In this document: positions 1-13,689 of the stretch, in pieces
Layout of the letters: every line of letters starts with the position of its first letter
How positions within the stretch are numbered: the first letter of the stretch is position 1
Source of the DNA: Paecilomyces variotii
Taxonomy: Eukaryota
Reading direction: 5' to 3' (one strand)
Assembly: GCA_004022145.1 (NCBI GenBank)
Contig: RCNU01000008.1
DNA: 64,000 nt
Translations under genes and position numbers: made by a program
The notes under the pieces: generated by a model
Seen by the model: only the letters and a program-made list of their open reading frames with translations
Databases searched by the model: none
What the model was told of the DNA's origin: nothing

Positions 1-1130
1 TGCGCCACTCGTATGATCTTGAAATCGACGAATCTTCGAGCGAGGATGTGGGAGCGTTGGCCCAACTACGCCTTAAAGTTAACCAGGCATTATCGGATCT
101 TTCTGCGCTACCGGAATTCGGCGAGCTCTACCCTCTCGGGTCTCCCTTCTCGAAAGTCTTGGAGTCGTATCTCAATACGAAGGAAGACCAACTGCAGATA
201 TGCTCCTGCGTTATGCTTGGAAATCTGGCACGGTCCGACGAAGTCTGTGCCAGGATGGTTCGCGAGTTCCGCATACATGAGCGGTTGATCTCTATCTTGA
301 AAAGCGATGCTGTAGGCGCTGTCCTACATGCCGCTATCGGGTTTCTTAAGAACCTCGCCATTGCCAGTGAGAATAGACCGTTCCTGGCCAGTGCTGGCCT
401 TATACCAGCTGTATCTCGGCTATGGGCGTTCGAGACAGTTCCCCAGATCCAGTTCTCCGCCGTCAGTCTCGTCCGCCAAGTCACTGTATCATCCGTTGAA
501 AATGTCTCGCAACTACTCGAACGCCTCTCTGCGGATCCAGATTCTCCAGCACACAACAAGACTTATCTATCATTACTGCTCTCCCTCTTTGGTAGGACCG
601 ATTCTGCCCCCATAAAGACGGAAATTGGCCGCACAATCGCATCTTTATGCCGCACCATCAATTCTAAGACACGAGAGAGCAGCGAAGAAATAAATACGCT
701 ATTCGAACGTCTGTTCGATCTGCATCCGGACGTGGCTCGCCCTCTTGGTGCGATGATCACTCAGAAGGAGTGGCCAGTCGTGCGAAGTGAAGGCTGGTTT
801 GCCATTGCCCTTATGGCGTCAAGCAAGGAAGGCTCTGTGGCTGTCGTTGACTGTCTGCAGAACATGGACGTCTACAAGCTCCTCGAAGAGACACTCTCGT
901 CTGATATTCCGGACTCCCTGGACGAGAAAGAAAAGCAAAAGAGAAGCAAGGATCGTGACAATACTATTATCCTAGTACAGGAATTGTTGAAGCATGATGT
1001 ACGTCTCACCTTGAGCCCCAAGCTTGTGTCATCGATTTGCTAACCCACCCAGCCTCAGACGCTTCCTCCACCTCAGAAGGCAATGCTTGAGGACTTTGCC
1101 AAGGACATCAAGATCTCCCCATCATCATAG
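1..1130 (+). CDS. ARM-repeat SmgGDS/RAP1GDS1-like GTPase-binding protein, 3' part (5' end outside window)
   Basis: ORF 48..1043 has ARM-like repeats (CVMLGNLARSD, LHAAIGFLKNLAI). Intron 999..1052 (GTACGT..GCTAAC..CAG) leads to a last exon PQTLPPPQK...SPSS* ending at 1130. Confidence 0.7.
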
Positions 1131-1756
1131 ACTCCATAGATGGTCGATTAGCATACAGTTCCCCTGCTGACGATTTGTGACACTTGGACACTGTATCCAT
1201 CATGCAGATGCTAATTACGAAGCCGGTGGCATTCCTGGATACAGGGTATTTGGTTGGACCATTTCTGTAGGGATGCGCCGATATTGAATGTAAATATCTT
1301 TCCCTAGCTTTGCTAGATAAGCCATGAAACTTTTCTATACTACACTACTTTCTTCGCAGCTATATAGGATAAATGTTCTAAAGTAAGCTAAACGGAGATC
1401 GTACCTGAGTAAAAAGTCGGTTCTCGTATCTAAACTACAAGTAAAAATATGGATTCCCAAATCATGAATGAATCCCAGGATAGACCGAAAATACTTACTG
1501 ATGACAGAGAACACTCAACATGGGTAAATAGTTGCTTGGTTCTTCCAACTGATTTTCCGGCCAAAAACGGTGATGACGTCGGACACGTGCTATCGCCGGC
1601 CTTCCCGAAGTCAACTCCAAGAACTGCCAGTTCAAGACTCCTCGTATCCTCTCCTCTTTGTGACAAAAACAGCCCCTCTGGGTTCTCCCAATGCCTTATC
1701 GACCAACATGCATCCATGACTTGTATGGCCGTCGATAATTGTACCTATATGAGAAC

Positions 1757-4018
1757 ATGAGAACGGCCGCCTTTATCGGCCGCTTCCGTCTCAACTGCGG
1801 AGGTTCGCAGCTGCTCCGCTTCGCGCCGAGGTCGCAATTCCGCTTCCCACGCCCACAATATTGGAATCAGCGCAATGGATGGAGGCGCGTGGGCAGCAGG
1901 ACGCGAGTGGTTGGGACGGTGCTGTTGGGGGCCCTGACGCCGGCGACTTTTCTGGAGCTCGCGGAGAAGGGCAATGGAGGAGGGGAAAAGACGCGCGAAT
2001 TGAAAATGCTGGAAGCCTCGCGCAGTGAGATCGAGAAGACTGTCGACGATGATGCGCGAGGTTTGTCAAGGGTTCTTCAGAAACTGCAGATCTTGTACTG
2101 CAAATACATTTACGAACCGATTGCTACCGGCTTGAGGTTTTTCCATTTGGTGATCATCTTCATCCCTGTTATTGTGACGGTGCCAGCTATATGGTTTGGG
2201 AGACGGGTCAAGAGTCGCGGTGGCGAACGGACAGGTACACTCTGGTGGTATGGATTTCTGGTCAGTTCAATGGAACGTGCTGGACCGGCGTTCATCAAAG
2301 TGAGTTCTTGCTCCCCAGCTATTGCGGAATATCGCATGGGTTCAGATGGCGGTAACTGACCAATTCCTCAATAGCTTGGACAATGGGCAGCTTCGCGAAC
2401 AGATATATTCCCTCCTGAACTCTGCAGTCGGATGTCTTCTCTCCATTCCAATGCTCCCGCGCACTCGTTACATGCTACGAAGGAAATAGTCTCCAAAGCG
2501 TTCAACATGCCCTTCGATGAGATTTTCGAGGAGTTCCAGGTCGAACCTCTTGGAGTCGGAGCCATCGCGCAAGTCTACAAGGCTAAGCTAAAACCAAGTC
2601 TGGCAGCGACGAGTGAGTCGGTAAACCCAGCGCAGCCGACTGACCTACCTTCGAGGGTCCGCAGGAACGTGGATGTCCTGGTGAAGAGCTCCCCACACCA
2701 TGTACCCTCGTCCTACGTGGCTGTGAAAGTGCTCCATCCCAAAGTTGAGAGGGTTGTCCGTCGGGATTTGAAGATTATGGAATTCTTCGCAGCTGCCATA
2801 AATGCTATTCCTACCATGGAATGGCTGTCACTGCCGGACGAGGTCCATCAGTTCGGAGAAATGATGAAACTGCAATTGGATCTGCGCATCGAGTCGACAA
2901 ACCTGACTATTTTCAGGGAGAAGTTCAAGTCGCGGACAACAGCCTGGTTCCCCTATCCATATACGGAATATACCTCGCGCGAGGTTCTCATTGAGGAGTT
3001 CGCGCAGGGCATTCCTCTCTCGACTTTCCTCGAGGTAGGAGGTGGTCCCTACCAGGAGGAGATTGCAGATGAAGGTCTAGACGCGTTTCTCCACATGCTG
3101 CTAATTGACAACTTCATCCATGCCGATCTTCACCCGGGAAATATCATGGTCCGCTTCTATAAACCAAGCCAGCTGGACCTGTCATTGCGAAAGGACACCC
3201 GTGCGACTGAAGCAACATCCTCCGCAGAAGCTGATGCAACGGAAACAGTTCTTGCACGCCTGCGACCCCATAGCAAAGACCGTGAGGCGTGGAACGCTGC
3301 GTTGACCGAGATCGACTCTGAAGGCTACCGTCCACAGCTCATCTTTGTCGATACAGGTCTCGTCACTGAACTTAACGAGACAAACCGCAGGAACTTCATT
3401 GACCTCTTCCGTGCCATTGCCGAATTCGACGGATACAAAGCCGGGCACCTTATGGTTGAGCGATGTCGACAGCCAGAGGCTGTCATCGACCCGGAGATCT
3501 TCGCTCTGAAAATGCAACATCTCGTCCTGGGCATCAAATCGCGCACTTTCGCATTAGGAAACGTCAAGATCGGCGATGTCCTCAGCGAAGTACTTTCCAT
3601 GGTCCGTGACCACCACGTACGACTAGAAGGCGACTTCGTCAATGTCGTCATTTCCGTCCTTCTTCTCGAAGGTATCGGCCGGAGCTTAGATCCCGACCTA
3701 GATCTGTTTAAGAGGTAAGTCGAGATGAGCTTGAAACCAAGTTTACACTGTTATATATCCTTTTCATATACTCCATATGCAAGCCCAGAAATATATACCA
3801 TACTACTTCTAGCACCCCTACTAACAATACCAAACTCAAGTGCTCTGCCTATCCTCCGCCAACTGGGCACCGGAACTACATTCCTCAAATCCGTTCGCGA
3901 GGGAGATACCTCCATGCTCCGCGTCTGGGTCGGTCTCGAAGCTCGCACTTTCCTCCAAGCTAGTGTTGAAAGTGTTGAGATGTGCGTGAAATATGACCTT
4001 TTGTCGCCTAATATCTAG
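1757..4018 (+). CDS. ABC1/UbiB-family atypical kinase (ADCK2/YPL109C-like), probably mitochondrial
   Basis: Motifs GPAFIK|LGQW, GVGAIAQVYKA, VAVKVLHP, FIHADLHPGN, IFVDTGL. Exons 1757-2299, 2375-3714, 3841-4018 with GT-AG introns. Arg-rich N-terminus resembles a presequence. Confidence 0.9.
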
Positions 4019-4729
4019 ATAGAAAGAAAAGAAAAGAAAAGAAAAAGAATAGTATTAATAAATGGGCAACGTGTTGATCTTTTTTTTTTTTGTTTTTTGT
4101 TTTTTGTGTATATAGATATAAGCGAAGATCTTGACTCTTAACTATGAATGGGGTCTTTCCTTTTTGCATGGGAAGGAAGCGGGGTGGGTGGTGTGGTTGG
4201 AGAATAGAGTGGAAGGGATATATAGTTAGATTCAAATTTTTTTCCAAAACAGAATAAAGATATCTATTCCTTCTATATACGATATCACGTATGATCATTT
4301 TATGCCTAGAACTCTATCATGGTTGGTCTCTGGAAGATATAATAGAAGTATTTTGGAGAGTGGACTAGTCTATAATATAGATACAAGAAGTAATCCCACA
4401 CCGGTAGCTCTTCTTGATACGTAGGGATAGCTGCGCCGGAATCTAAAGCCAAGAAAAACACCGGGGGCCATTGCATCATTACCGTCAGATATGCGAAAAG
4501 ATGTCAACAGGACAAAGAACGATGAGGAATAAAATAAGGGGTACCGATATAAAACACGACGAGAACGGAAATGAGGAGATCAAAAAGGAAGCGTAATGTA
4601 TCATATGACGGAGCCATTGTAAAGGAAGCTCAGTCCTCTTGTCGATTACAATAGTATGGCTTTCTCATCGCGCATAAAGGAAGAAGACTGCGCGAATGCG
4701 CTCAACAGGCGTATGAGCCGTAACACCCT

Positions 4730-5898
4730 TTAGTTCTGCTGTTCTCGGGCAACGCCGCCGCTGGCTCTCCACCAGACGTCTCCGCCCCATTTCATCAGAC
4801 GTTCAATGGCGGCAGTGGGAGTATCAATGGCAGGTCTGATGTCGAGATAGAAGACGGGCTCACCGGTCGGCTCAGGCGGACCGGAGTAGTAGTCAATGAC
4901 ATAGCGGACTTGTTTTGGTCCCCATGGTGTCTGGCGTTGGACATACCAATCATGTCGGTCAAAGGGGGGTTCAGTACTAGAAAAAACAGATGTCAGTCAG
5001 CAAATTCTTAACGATCCGATTACTTTGACCATCCAGTATTCTTCGGGAAGACGGTGTGTGATAGCAGGTGGTTGCTTACCCGAACTTTTCCGGATAAACC
5101 CATCCCAGAGCCTGCAGGATTCTAGCCTTAGGAGTCAACTCTTGGGGTCGCCCCTGGAACCTAATCAACCGTGGTGTAGTGTCCTCATCATCAGAAGCCT
5201 TCTGTTGCAATTGTTCGCGAATAGAGTCCATCTCCAGATTCGCAGATCCACGCCGACATTTTTCCCACCCGTGCTTCAGACCTTTTGAAAATATCCGCTC
5301 CCATTCGACAATCTCAGACCAGGCGCCCTCGTTCAAGAAGTTGTGCACCGCGACCATAGACTCGACAGCATCCTGAGGAGTGTCGGTGTATCCTTTCCGC
5401 AGCATAGCATTATACATTTGTTGGGGAGAAGGATACTCCCAGAGGCCGTCGTCGCCTCGGGGAATGGAAGACACCTCTCTTTCAACAGGGAGGTCAACAG
5501 TCTGGTTTGGTGCTCGTTCTTGGGAGATGCTCGAGAACATGTAGTTCAAAGGATTGAGCTTGGAGAGAGTTGACGATTTCTGTTGTGGTTGAGACTCTGA
5601 GGAAGCGGCCGCAGGTTCGGAAGACGAGCGCGATGGAGGAACGTAGAACGGAGAATTGGGAGACTTGACAGGGCAAGCACTCTGAGAAGTCGTCACCGGG
5701 CATTGAGCCTTGGAAGCGGATGATGCTGGAGGAGCGTTGGACACGTGCATAGGACAACCAGGCTAGAATCTAGTTTAGTTATTTGCCCAGATGAAGCAGC
5801 GTTGATATACTAACCGGAGGTGATGCGTCCGAGGCGGCCAAAGGATTTGGAGCCGCAGGAGTCGGCTTTGGCTGCGGATCTGCCCAGAACCAACCCAT
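4730..5898 (-). CDS. CYC3: Cytochrome c heme lyase (holocytochrome c synthase)
   Basis: N-terminus MGWFWAD; heme-regulatory CPM/CPV/CPV motifs; [29 protein letters not shown]. Exons 5898-5815, 5762-5080, 4976-4730. Confidence 0.92.
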
Positions 5899-6243
5899 TT
5901 TGACGGTAGATGCAATAGATATTTGGGCCAGACACAGAAATTAGCGATGTCCGTCGTTATAGCGTTGAATGATCTGCCAAAGGGAGTTGGGTAAAAAAGC
6001 GCGGGCGGAAGGTTCTCGGCGGCAGAAACATCACAGGTGACATAAGCCGCCTTCCAATTCGCCCGGACATTGCCGGACTCGCGCGATCCACGTGACTTCT
6101 GGCGAACTTGCCAAAAGTAGCACACTGGATCTATATAACGACGCAGAGACATCTAGAATTCCTCCTGCTGTAGCCAGCGTGTCAAATACATCGCTCCTTG
6201 TAAGAGTGGAAAGTATGGTTGAGGTACTTTTCAGAAGGTCAGG

Positions 6244-8543
6244 TCAAAATTGCTCGAAGCCTTCAACTACTTCTGACGCCCTATGAGAGGAAGCCAGCCA
6301 CGACATCGCTTCACTCCAGATAGGCTGCCAGATCATATCATGTAGCGATGGAGCGTAGAAATATCCTGTCAGGATTCCCGATAAGTCTTCCCATCTACGC
6401 CATCCTTGCACCTCAATGATATGGGTGAGGTGTTGGACAAACCATGGCCGCTCGGGCTGTCCAGCGGCACCATGCGCACCGACGAGAAGGGCCCATGCCA
6501 CCAGATCATAGCATTCTGATGGCAGTTGAGGCAAGACAGTAGTTACGCAGCGGTCGATCGCATTTTTCAGATGGTTGGTCAATGCTCGTCCCATTCCCGA
6601 GGAAGGGGGAGACACGATAAAGAAAAGATTGATAAAACATGTCGAGGAGATGCGGGCGACCACTTCGATGGGATGGAGATTCTCTGCCCCACCTTCAAAC
6701 CCCCCTTTCGAAGGAGGACGGTAATAATAGCTTGCGAGTTCGTGCTCTGTCTCAAACATCAACATGCGCAATAATTCCCGCTCTTCCTGAGTTAGCCCTT
6801 GCGGATCACGGCGATTGAAGTCGTCGAAGAACATCATGGTATGCAATCCTTGTAATGCCCTCTTCAAAGGCGAGCTTAGCAGGCTATTTGCCATGAGTCT
6901 CGTTCCGAGTTGATGCAGTGGCGATGCAGGCGGAGGAGTGATGCGCTGGAGGACCCGGGGAGGCAACGGTTGGGGAACCCAGGCCAAAGGAAAGATGGGC
7001 TTGCTCTGGAGCCCATTGGCTGTTTTGATATCACATCTGGTACTCATTAGCATGAAATGGAAGCGAGGAAACCACGGTGTTACATACGTCTGGATAGCGC
7101 TCACAAGCCCAGCGGCGTTTTTCAAACTGCTATTGGTGATTCCTCCACGTAATTCTACCATCCTTCGTAGGCCTTTCAAATGTACCCTGGCCTCATCGAA
7201 GAGACCCACTATCAACTGTTGTTGGTTAGCACAAAAGCCTCATCCCGAGATTATAGACCTGACAAGGAGAGTCCGATCTCCATCAGAAATAGAGGAAGCC
7301 AAATGAGTCATACCGCGCCACACAAAAGATTGATGATAGTATCAAAAGCCTCATTGCTGAGTGCTCTTTTAGGATCCTGCACTTTGGCATTCATTTCCCG
7401 GATACATCTCGCTTTCATAATATAATAATCGGGCTCATGAAGGACGCGGTATCCGTCTTCTGATGAATCGACTAGATCCCCGTGACGTCCCGCGAGTATG
7501 GCCCTATGAGCAGCACTCATGCTCATCAGGCCGAAAAAGCTGCCTGGATCGGAGAGAGCGGATGCCACCATGAGTGACATCTGAACCTCCCCTGGTGCCT
7601 TATGCTCAACAGGGAATGTCATCGGAATGAAAACAGTCGCCACTTGAGATCATATGTAAGCAATCATCCAGATGTCTTATGCTAGATGCCAGGAAATGAA
7701 GAATACAAAGGAACCGTGGAAGAAAGGGACGAAAGAAGAAGCGAACACAGCGTTGATAATCAGAAAAGTCTTCATAGAGATGCAACATTTTCATCACAAT
7801 GCAGTAACCCGTAACTCGAGAAAACTACCAAACCAGGACATGGCAGGTGGATCAGTTAGCGCCTGCGGAGTATGCAAACTACATTGGTCTCCTTGAATGC
7901 ACGAACTCGCTCCTGCTCACTGTGACAGGCGAACGGCTTTCTTTTCTCTTCTCAAACGAATCACCAAGACAATTGATTGCCACATCAAATAAGAACTGAA
8001 AACAAAGCTTGGAGCGGTTTCCTAAAGCAGAACGTTCTATCACTTACCATGAGAAATCAAATGGTCGACCACGGATGGCATTTCACTTGCACCAGGCAAG
8101 GTACAGAACGGATCAAAGAACCATGACTTCGGAATGGCCTGAGGGCTGATGGCGCGGCTGGGCATTGTATCAGGCCCTGTCCACAGAACGGGATACTGTC
8201 CGGGGCTCGTGTTGACGACATCCATGGCAGACGTCGACTCTGTCTCGTCCTGCGTGGAGGACTCTCTGAACGGCAGCTCATGCTGCCTCGACTCGTCCGT
8301 AGACTTCTGCCGTTTCGAAACAGCCTTCGTTCCTGAAGCTCCTGAAGTTCCTCGATCCTCCCGTTTCGGGGTTCTCTTCAGTCCGGCGAGACGCTCCCGA
8401 CGGCGCACATCTCGCATAACATGCGAGCGGATGGCCTTCCGGGCATTGGCGTCTTTGATCCTCTTGGACGTCAAGTCATCATCGTGATCGATGAAGGTGA
8501 AAGATGGGCGATCTGATGGCGCCAAGGATTTGGAAGTCGACAA
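6244..8543 (-). CDS. Fungal-specific transcription-factor-domain protein (no Zn2Cys6 cluster seen; start codon unresolved)
   Basis: N-terminal FTFI...ARKAIRSHVM motif, DPF motif and EARVHLKGLRRMVELRGG are typical of this family. Introns 8047-7643, 7313-7216 and 7087-7037 join ORFs 8040..8543, 7308..7643 and 6244..7215 in frame. Confidence 0.7.
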
Positions 8544-10171
8544 TTCTAGACGCGTCCAATCAGCCCCCGCACCACAGGGTTAGTTTAAAGCCATAAACGA
8601 TCTGAGATCCTATATCAAGGGCGGCGGGATCTACACGGCAGCCAGCCACAGACTCCCTCACAGTGTGCATTCCACGCGCCCAAGCACACAGACGCCCAGT
8701 GGGGCTCCCTGAGCGCCACGATCTTCATCACATCCGCTGTCATTTTCTGACAGGAAGTGAGGGAATAATTATGAACGATAACGGAAACTCCGGGTTGTGG
8801 CCAGCAGAGCCAGGGTGGGGAAGAGGGCCATATGGTATATGCTCTATAATATGGTAATATTTCAAGGGGTGCGTGCTGAGCTGAGGATCACCCGCGTGGA
8901 AACAGGCACGACAACAGTAACAACACCGCTAAGGAAAGCCAAGGGGAAAAAAGAAGCACACACAAACCTTGATTATTATTGGTATAGCGATTGGAAGAGC
9001 CCGATGACTTGTTCGCCGCGGATTCTTGCCCGCTTGCCATTGCGGCCAGTCCCCGAGGACTCGACAGCGGGCCGAGAGCCACCGTTTGGGGGCGCTCTGG
9101 GAACAGCGGGGGGTTGGTGGAGTGAGCACCAACAGCGTGGGCGCTACTGGGAATCGACAGATCACCGTCGGAACCCCAGAGCGGCAAGCGACTGGAATCT
9201 GATGGTGTTGAGAAGCCCGTTTGTGTGACGGGGACTGGAGAGACGAAAGGCGGAGAACGGGAAAGCCGGCGAGAGAGAGTCAACAACAATAGCAGCACAA
9301 GCCCAATCGAGTTATCGGAGGATCGGGATGCGCCACCGGCTGCGTTAGCTTCACTCGTCAGTTCGATTTGTAGTAGTATTAATGATGATATTATTATTAT
9401 TATACTCGACGACAGCTTGTTCTCCATCTGATTGCCCGGTGCTAATAATCATAATCAGATCGGATCGATACTTAGTAGTAGTACATACTACTACTATTGA
9501 TTTCGAGTCGAGTCCGTCTGAACTCCTACCCGATCAGGCAAGTCAAGAGATCAAAGAAACCTCGGCACGACTGCTACTGGGGCCAGGAACTAACTACTAG
9601 ATAGTCATTCAAGGAACTTCTATAGTACTGGTATACGGTCCACAAGGTTTCTCACACTTCGCTGTCGGTCCTTTTGCGGTTTTGTGCGGGTCGAGCTGAT
9701 CCAAGTACCCAGTAACGACTCCATACGGCCGTAACCATAATAATAACAGCTATACTCCGCAAAAAGACATCCCAAAATATTATCATTCCGAACGATAGCT
9801 ATGCAGCACCACCTGGTCTCCATCTATCCGAGGGACAATTATTATGTAGTAGTATGTACACATCTTCGAAGGTCAAAAAAGAAAGAAAAGGTTCTAGTGC
9901 CTCCTCCACTCTCACCTGCCCCCGGTTCGAATTAGACCAGGTGGTGGGACCCATATCATAATAATCTACACCCGAATATCCTTTGTGTGAACGCCAGCCC
10001 TTTCAGACGCCTTGCCTCATATGGTCAGACCCTTTTGGATCGATCGAAACGCGTGCTTCCGCCGGTACCTAACCAGCGTGAGCCATAGAAAACAACCCCC
10101 CCTGTAGACCTTGACGTAGATCCACGCGCAAAATATTATTGTCTCTGCCTTCACCTCCAACATGAGCGGCT

Positions 10172-11138
10172 TTAGGCTTGGAGATCAGTGAATAACCGGG
10201 TGAGAAGGGCGTATCCGAAGACCACGGCAAGTCCAACCCAGACCTTGTGTCGTCGAATCCAGCTCTCTCCCGCATCTCGCGCCGCCTGGCCGCCTTCCAT
10301 GACCGTTCCCAGACGAGGAGCGCTTCCGTTCGGGCGTCGTCGAAGGGCGCTGGTCTCAGGAGAGCACCTCGATGGGGGAGCGTTGGGATCGGGCATGATC
10401 TGACCGGTCGCGGGATCGATACGGTTCTGCTTCATCCATTCCCAGTTCTCCTGGTCCAGTTCCGGCCACTCTGTACGGAACTTCATCCCTCCATCTCCTG
10501 CCTTGATATTGTTGATTCCCTTGCCGGTGGCATTGACGCCAGGAGCGATGTTGGAATGAGAACCGCCTCCGGTCGAGTTCCACCATCGCGACCGAGCCGC
10601 AAACACTCTACGCTCCGCCTCTGATGCGCTCACACTGCCAGTTGTCATTTCCTCGCTCGTCATGAATGACAGGAGACCGATCAGAATGGTCGAGACTTCC
10701 CACGCCGGGTTGAATGATTTTGGATGGAAGTCACTGATGCTGAGACACAGTCGAGTCGAAGGCTGGAATCGGCCACTTGGCGTGTGCATGCGGATAGCTG
10801 GAGGAGCGAAAGGGTATTCGGGAGGGAAAATCAAGGTACCCCAGTATTGTCCATTCTCATAAGGAGTCTTTGGAGGTCCGGTCAGGATGTAATGCCATCT
10901 GGCGGGCAGTTAGCCTTTGCGGGGCATAAGACAGGGGACCCCCCATTCCGAAGTATGCCACGGCACTTACTCTAAGATGTTAGACTCCGAAGGGTGTGCG
11001 ACGATATAGGGAGGAGGGTTCTTCTGGATGTTTTGGTATTCGCGGGTGAGCTGGCTTTGAAGTTAGTAAAGACCATCCTGTTCTACTCAGGGGTTCAGGA
11101 TATTCACTCACACGCTTGGAGGCAGCCTTGGTGGCCAT
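10172..11138 (-). CDS. UBC6: ER-anchored ubiquitin-conjugating enzyme E2 (Ubc6)
   Basis: MATKAASKR|LTREY; FPPEYPFAPPAIRMHTPSGRF; active site RLCLSISDFHP; C-terminal transmembrane anchor; two 5' introns. Confidence 0.95.
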
Positions 11139-11462
11139 GTTGTCGCGGCCGCGGCGCAGAGGATCTGAGTGAGGGCCAGAAGAAACTGAAACTGCACTGT
11201 ATGAGGAAGACTGGCGATGCAAAAGATGCGCTGCACCTAGTGGTGATTAAGCAAAAATGTGGGTGTGCAGCAGACTAGGAGTATGGGTGATGAATATCCC
11301 ATAGTAAGACCAGCATACGTTCAATAACCTCCGGACGGCGAGCCCGCGAGACGATGGTCACGTGCATAGCTACCCGGTCCGCATCTACTTATGATCTGCC
11401 GTTCTCGGCGGAACAAGACTCGCACACGCGCCTACATCCAAGCTGCCATTGCAGTCGTCGCG

Positions 11463-13229
11463 ATGTCGTCCCCTCTTTCCGCTGAGGAAGATGATGTATG
11501 TGGATCTGTTCTTTTGTTTCTTGAAGCTGTCTGCATGTGAAAATAGTACTGTTGCTAACAATATGCCTCTGTAGATCTTCCACCGGCTCCAGCAGCGTGC
11601 GGACCAGAAGGTGATGGAGGAACGGCAGCAGGCTATGAATGAGAGGATTCATGCAATCTATCATAAGGCGCAGTCCCGTTTGGCAGAGCTGGTATGTTTT
11701 TATAGACGCCCGCGTCGACTGACTGTCCATCCAAACCGGTTCTACGGAATATCCGGCTAATATGTTCCCCTCGTGCATTAGATCGACCAAAACTCGACCT
11801 TGCCATGTACTATCTCCTCGATCCAGGTCCTGGGAGCTCCTCATACTCGTCATAGCTTCCTGCAACGGATATTTGATCCATTGCTGAGCGTCAACCAAGA
11901 CAAGCCCTACACTCTCGCGGATGCCCTGCGCGAGGTCTCAGCCCGCGCAGACAAGCTGAACAGATTTGGTATACTGACGCAGTCCCCTGTCTTGATAGAG
12001 CTTATTGCTAATAGAGTAAAGACATCTTCCATCAGCCAGTTTCTGTCTTCCTGGATAAGCCCAATGATCCTTCGAGTTCGCCCACTGACGTCGATGTTTA
12101 TTTGTCTGTCAGAGAGAAGTCTCGGGTCCTCCTGAAGACGGGAACCGATCTGGGGAATGCTGAAGGTTCTGCGTATGGTAACCTCCTGTGGCGAAACATC
12201 TTCGGCGGTGCAGAAAGTCTCAATCTGAATGCATCTTTGGGAACACGGACACGATCTGCGTACCAGGCTGCCTTTGAGACCCCGATCCTCGCTGACCCGG
12301 ACTTCCGCTGGGAAATTGGCGGTATCGCGAGCGCAACACAGAAGAGCTGGGCTAGCCATGAGGAAGTTCTGAGAGGAGGATGGACGAAGCTTCGTTGGCT
12401 GTCGCCATCAGGTCATCGTCATGAGTTTGGCTACAACGGCTTCTGGAGACAACTCACTGGATTGGCAGACAAGGCGTCTCCAACCGTGCGTGCAGATGCT
12501 GGTGATAGCGTGAAGAGCAGCATCTCCCATGTTTGGGTCAACGACCGGAGAGATAACCCTCTTCTTCCGTCCCGCGGCTACTATGCCAGGACTCTAAACG
12601 AACTTGCCGGCTGGGGTCCATTGAAGGGAGACGTCTCCTTCTGGAAGTCCGAAATCGAAACCCAGGGAGCCGTCCCCATTCCCATCCCCGGTATTAAAGG
12701 AGACAGTGGGATTAGTTTCACGACTGGATTCCGTGCTGGTTTGATTTACCCCCTGGGCCTTGATTCCGACGCTCGTCCCCAGCTGTCCCGTATCAACGAT
12801 CGCTTCGTCCTCGGAGGCCCCACTGACGTCCGTGGATTCCGCCTTGCTGGCCTTGGCCCGCACGAAGGTCCTGATGCCCTCGGAGGTGATGTCTACGCTG
12901 CGGGAAGTGCCAACCTCCTGCTTCCTCTTCCCCGTGTGGGTGCGGACAAACCCTTCCGTCTGCAAGCCTTTGTGAACGGTGGTCGACTACTACCTCTGCG
13001 CACCTCCCAGAAGGACGCTCCCACGAACAATGCAGAGGTGAAGGATGCAGTGATCTCTACTCTTTCGGAGCTTCAGAATGGACTCCCCAGCGTGGCGGCC
13101 GGCTTTGGACTTGTGTATGCGCATCCCGTCGCCAGGTTCGAACTGAACTTCTCTCTACCTCTGGTGCTGCGCAAAGGCGAGGAGGGCCGGAAGGGCCTGC
13201 AGCTTGGCATTGGCATCAATTTCCTGTAG
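11463..13229 (+). CDS. SAM50: Mitochondrial outer-membrane SAM complex beta-barrel subunit
   Basis: Omp85-type barrel with DRFVLGGPTDVRGF and a C-terminal RFELNF...GLQLGIGINFL beta-signal. Three 5' introns extend the CDS to the ATG at 11463. Confidence 0.93.
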
Positions 13230-13689
13230 ACATATGTACCATGACAACAGCGTAGGAACTCATTTTTGTTTTTGTCAGTAGTGCGTGCTCTCCAATCTAG
13301 TAGATAGCAATAGTAGTCGGGATGATTCCAGTATTGGAGTATATAATAATGGTTATTATTATTCTTCTTATATACAGTACATATTAGTCTCCCAGTTAAT
13401 CTTAGGGAACCTTGGCGGGCCGATGGCGCTAAACCAAACGAGCCGCGTAGGGCGGGAGGACACGTCCGATCGCTTACTTAGCTACTTGAGCTTCCAACCT
13501 GGCAATAAGAAGATCAAGGACAATACTCTCCTCTGCGGCGGTAGAGGACACACGGACTCAACAGACAATCTCCCGCTGTTTCTCTACGTCCCTGTCAGGC
13601 TCTGGAGTCAGCCTCTCTTTCTAACTCTCCATACAATCCATATACACACCACCCGATCGCTAGTCCGACTTTCCACCCCCCGGCCGCAA

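Noticed and set aside
8797-9600. Several overlapping ORFs of 70-180 aa
   Set aside because: Low-complexity translations of simple-repeat promoter DNA with no recognisable motifs.
9921-9952. GGTTCGAAT B-box/T-loop-like sequence
   Set aside because: No T-stem pairing, A-box or cloverleaf around it, so not a tRNA.
13285-13689. In-frame upstream extension of YIP1 (ATG at 13423)
   Set aside because: Lies in the SAM50 3' UTR/YIP1 promoter and is not Yip1-like; the ATG at 13690 (MAQYYPQQ) fits the family.
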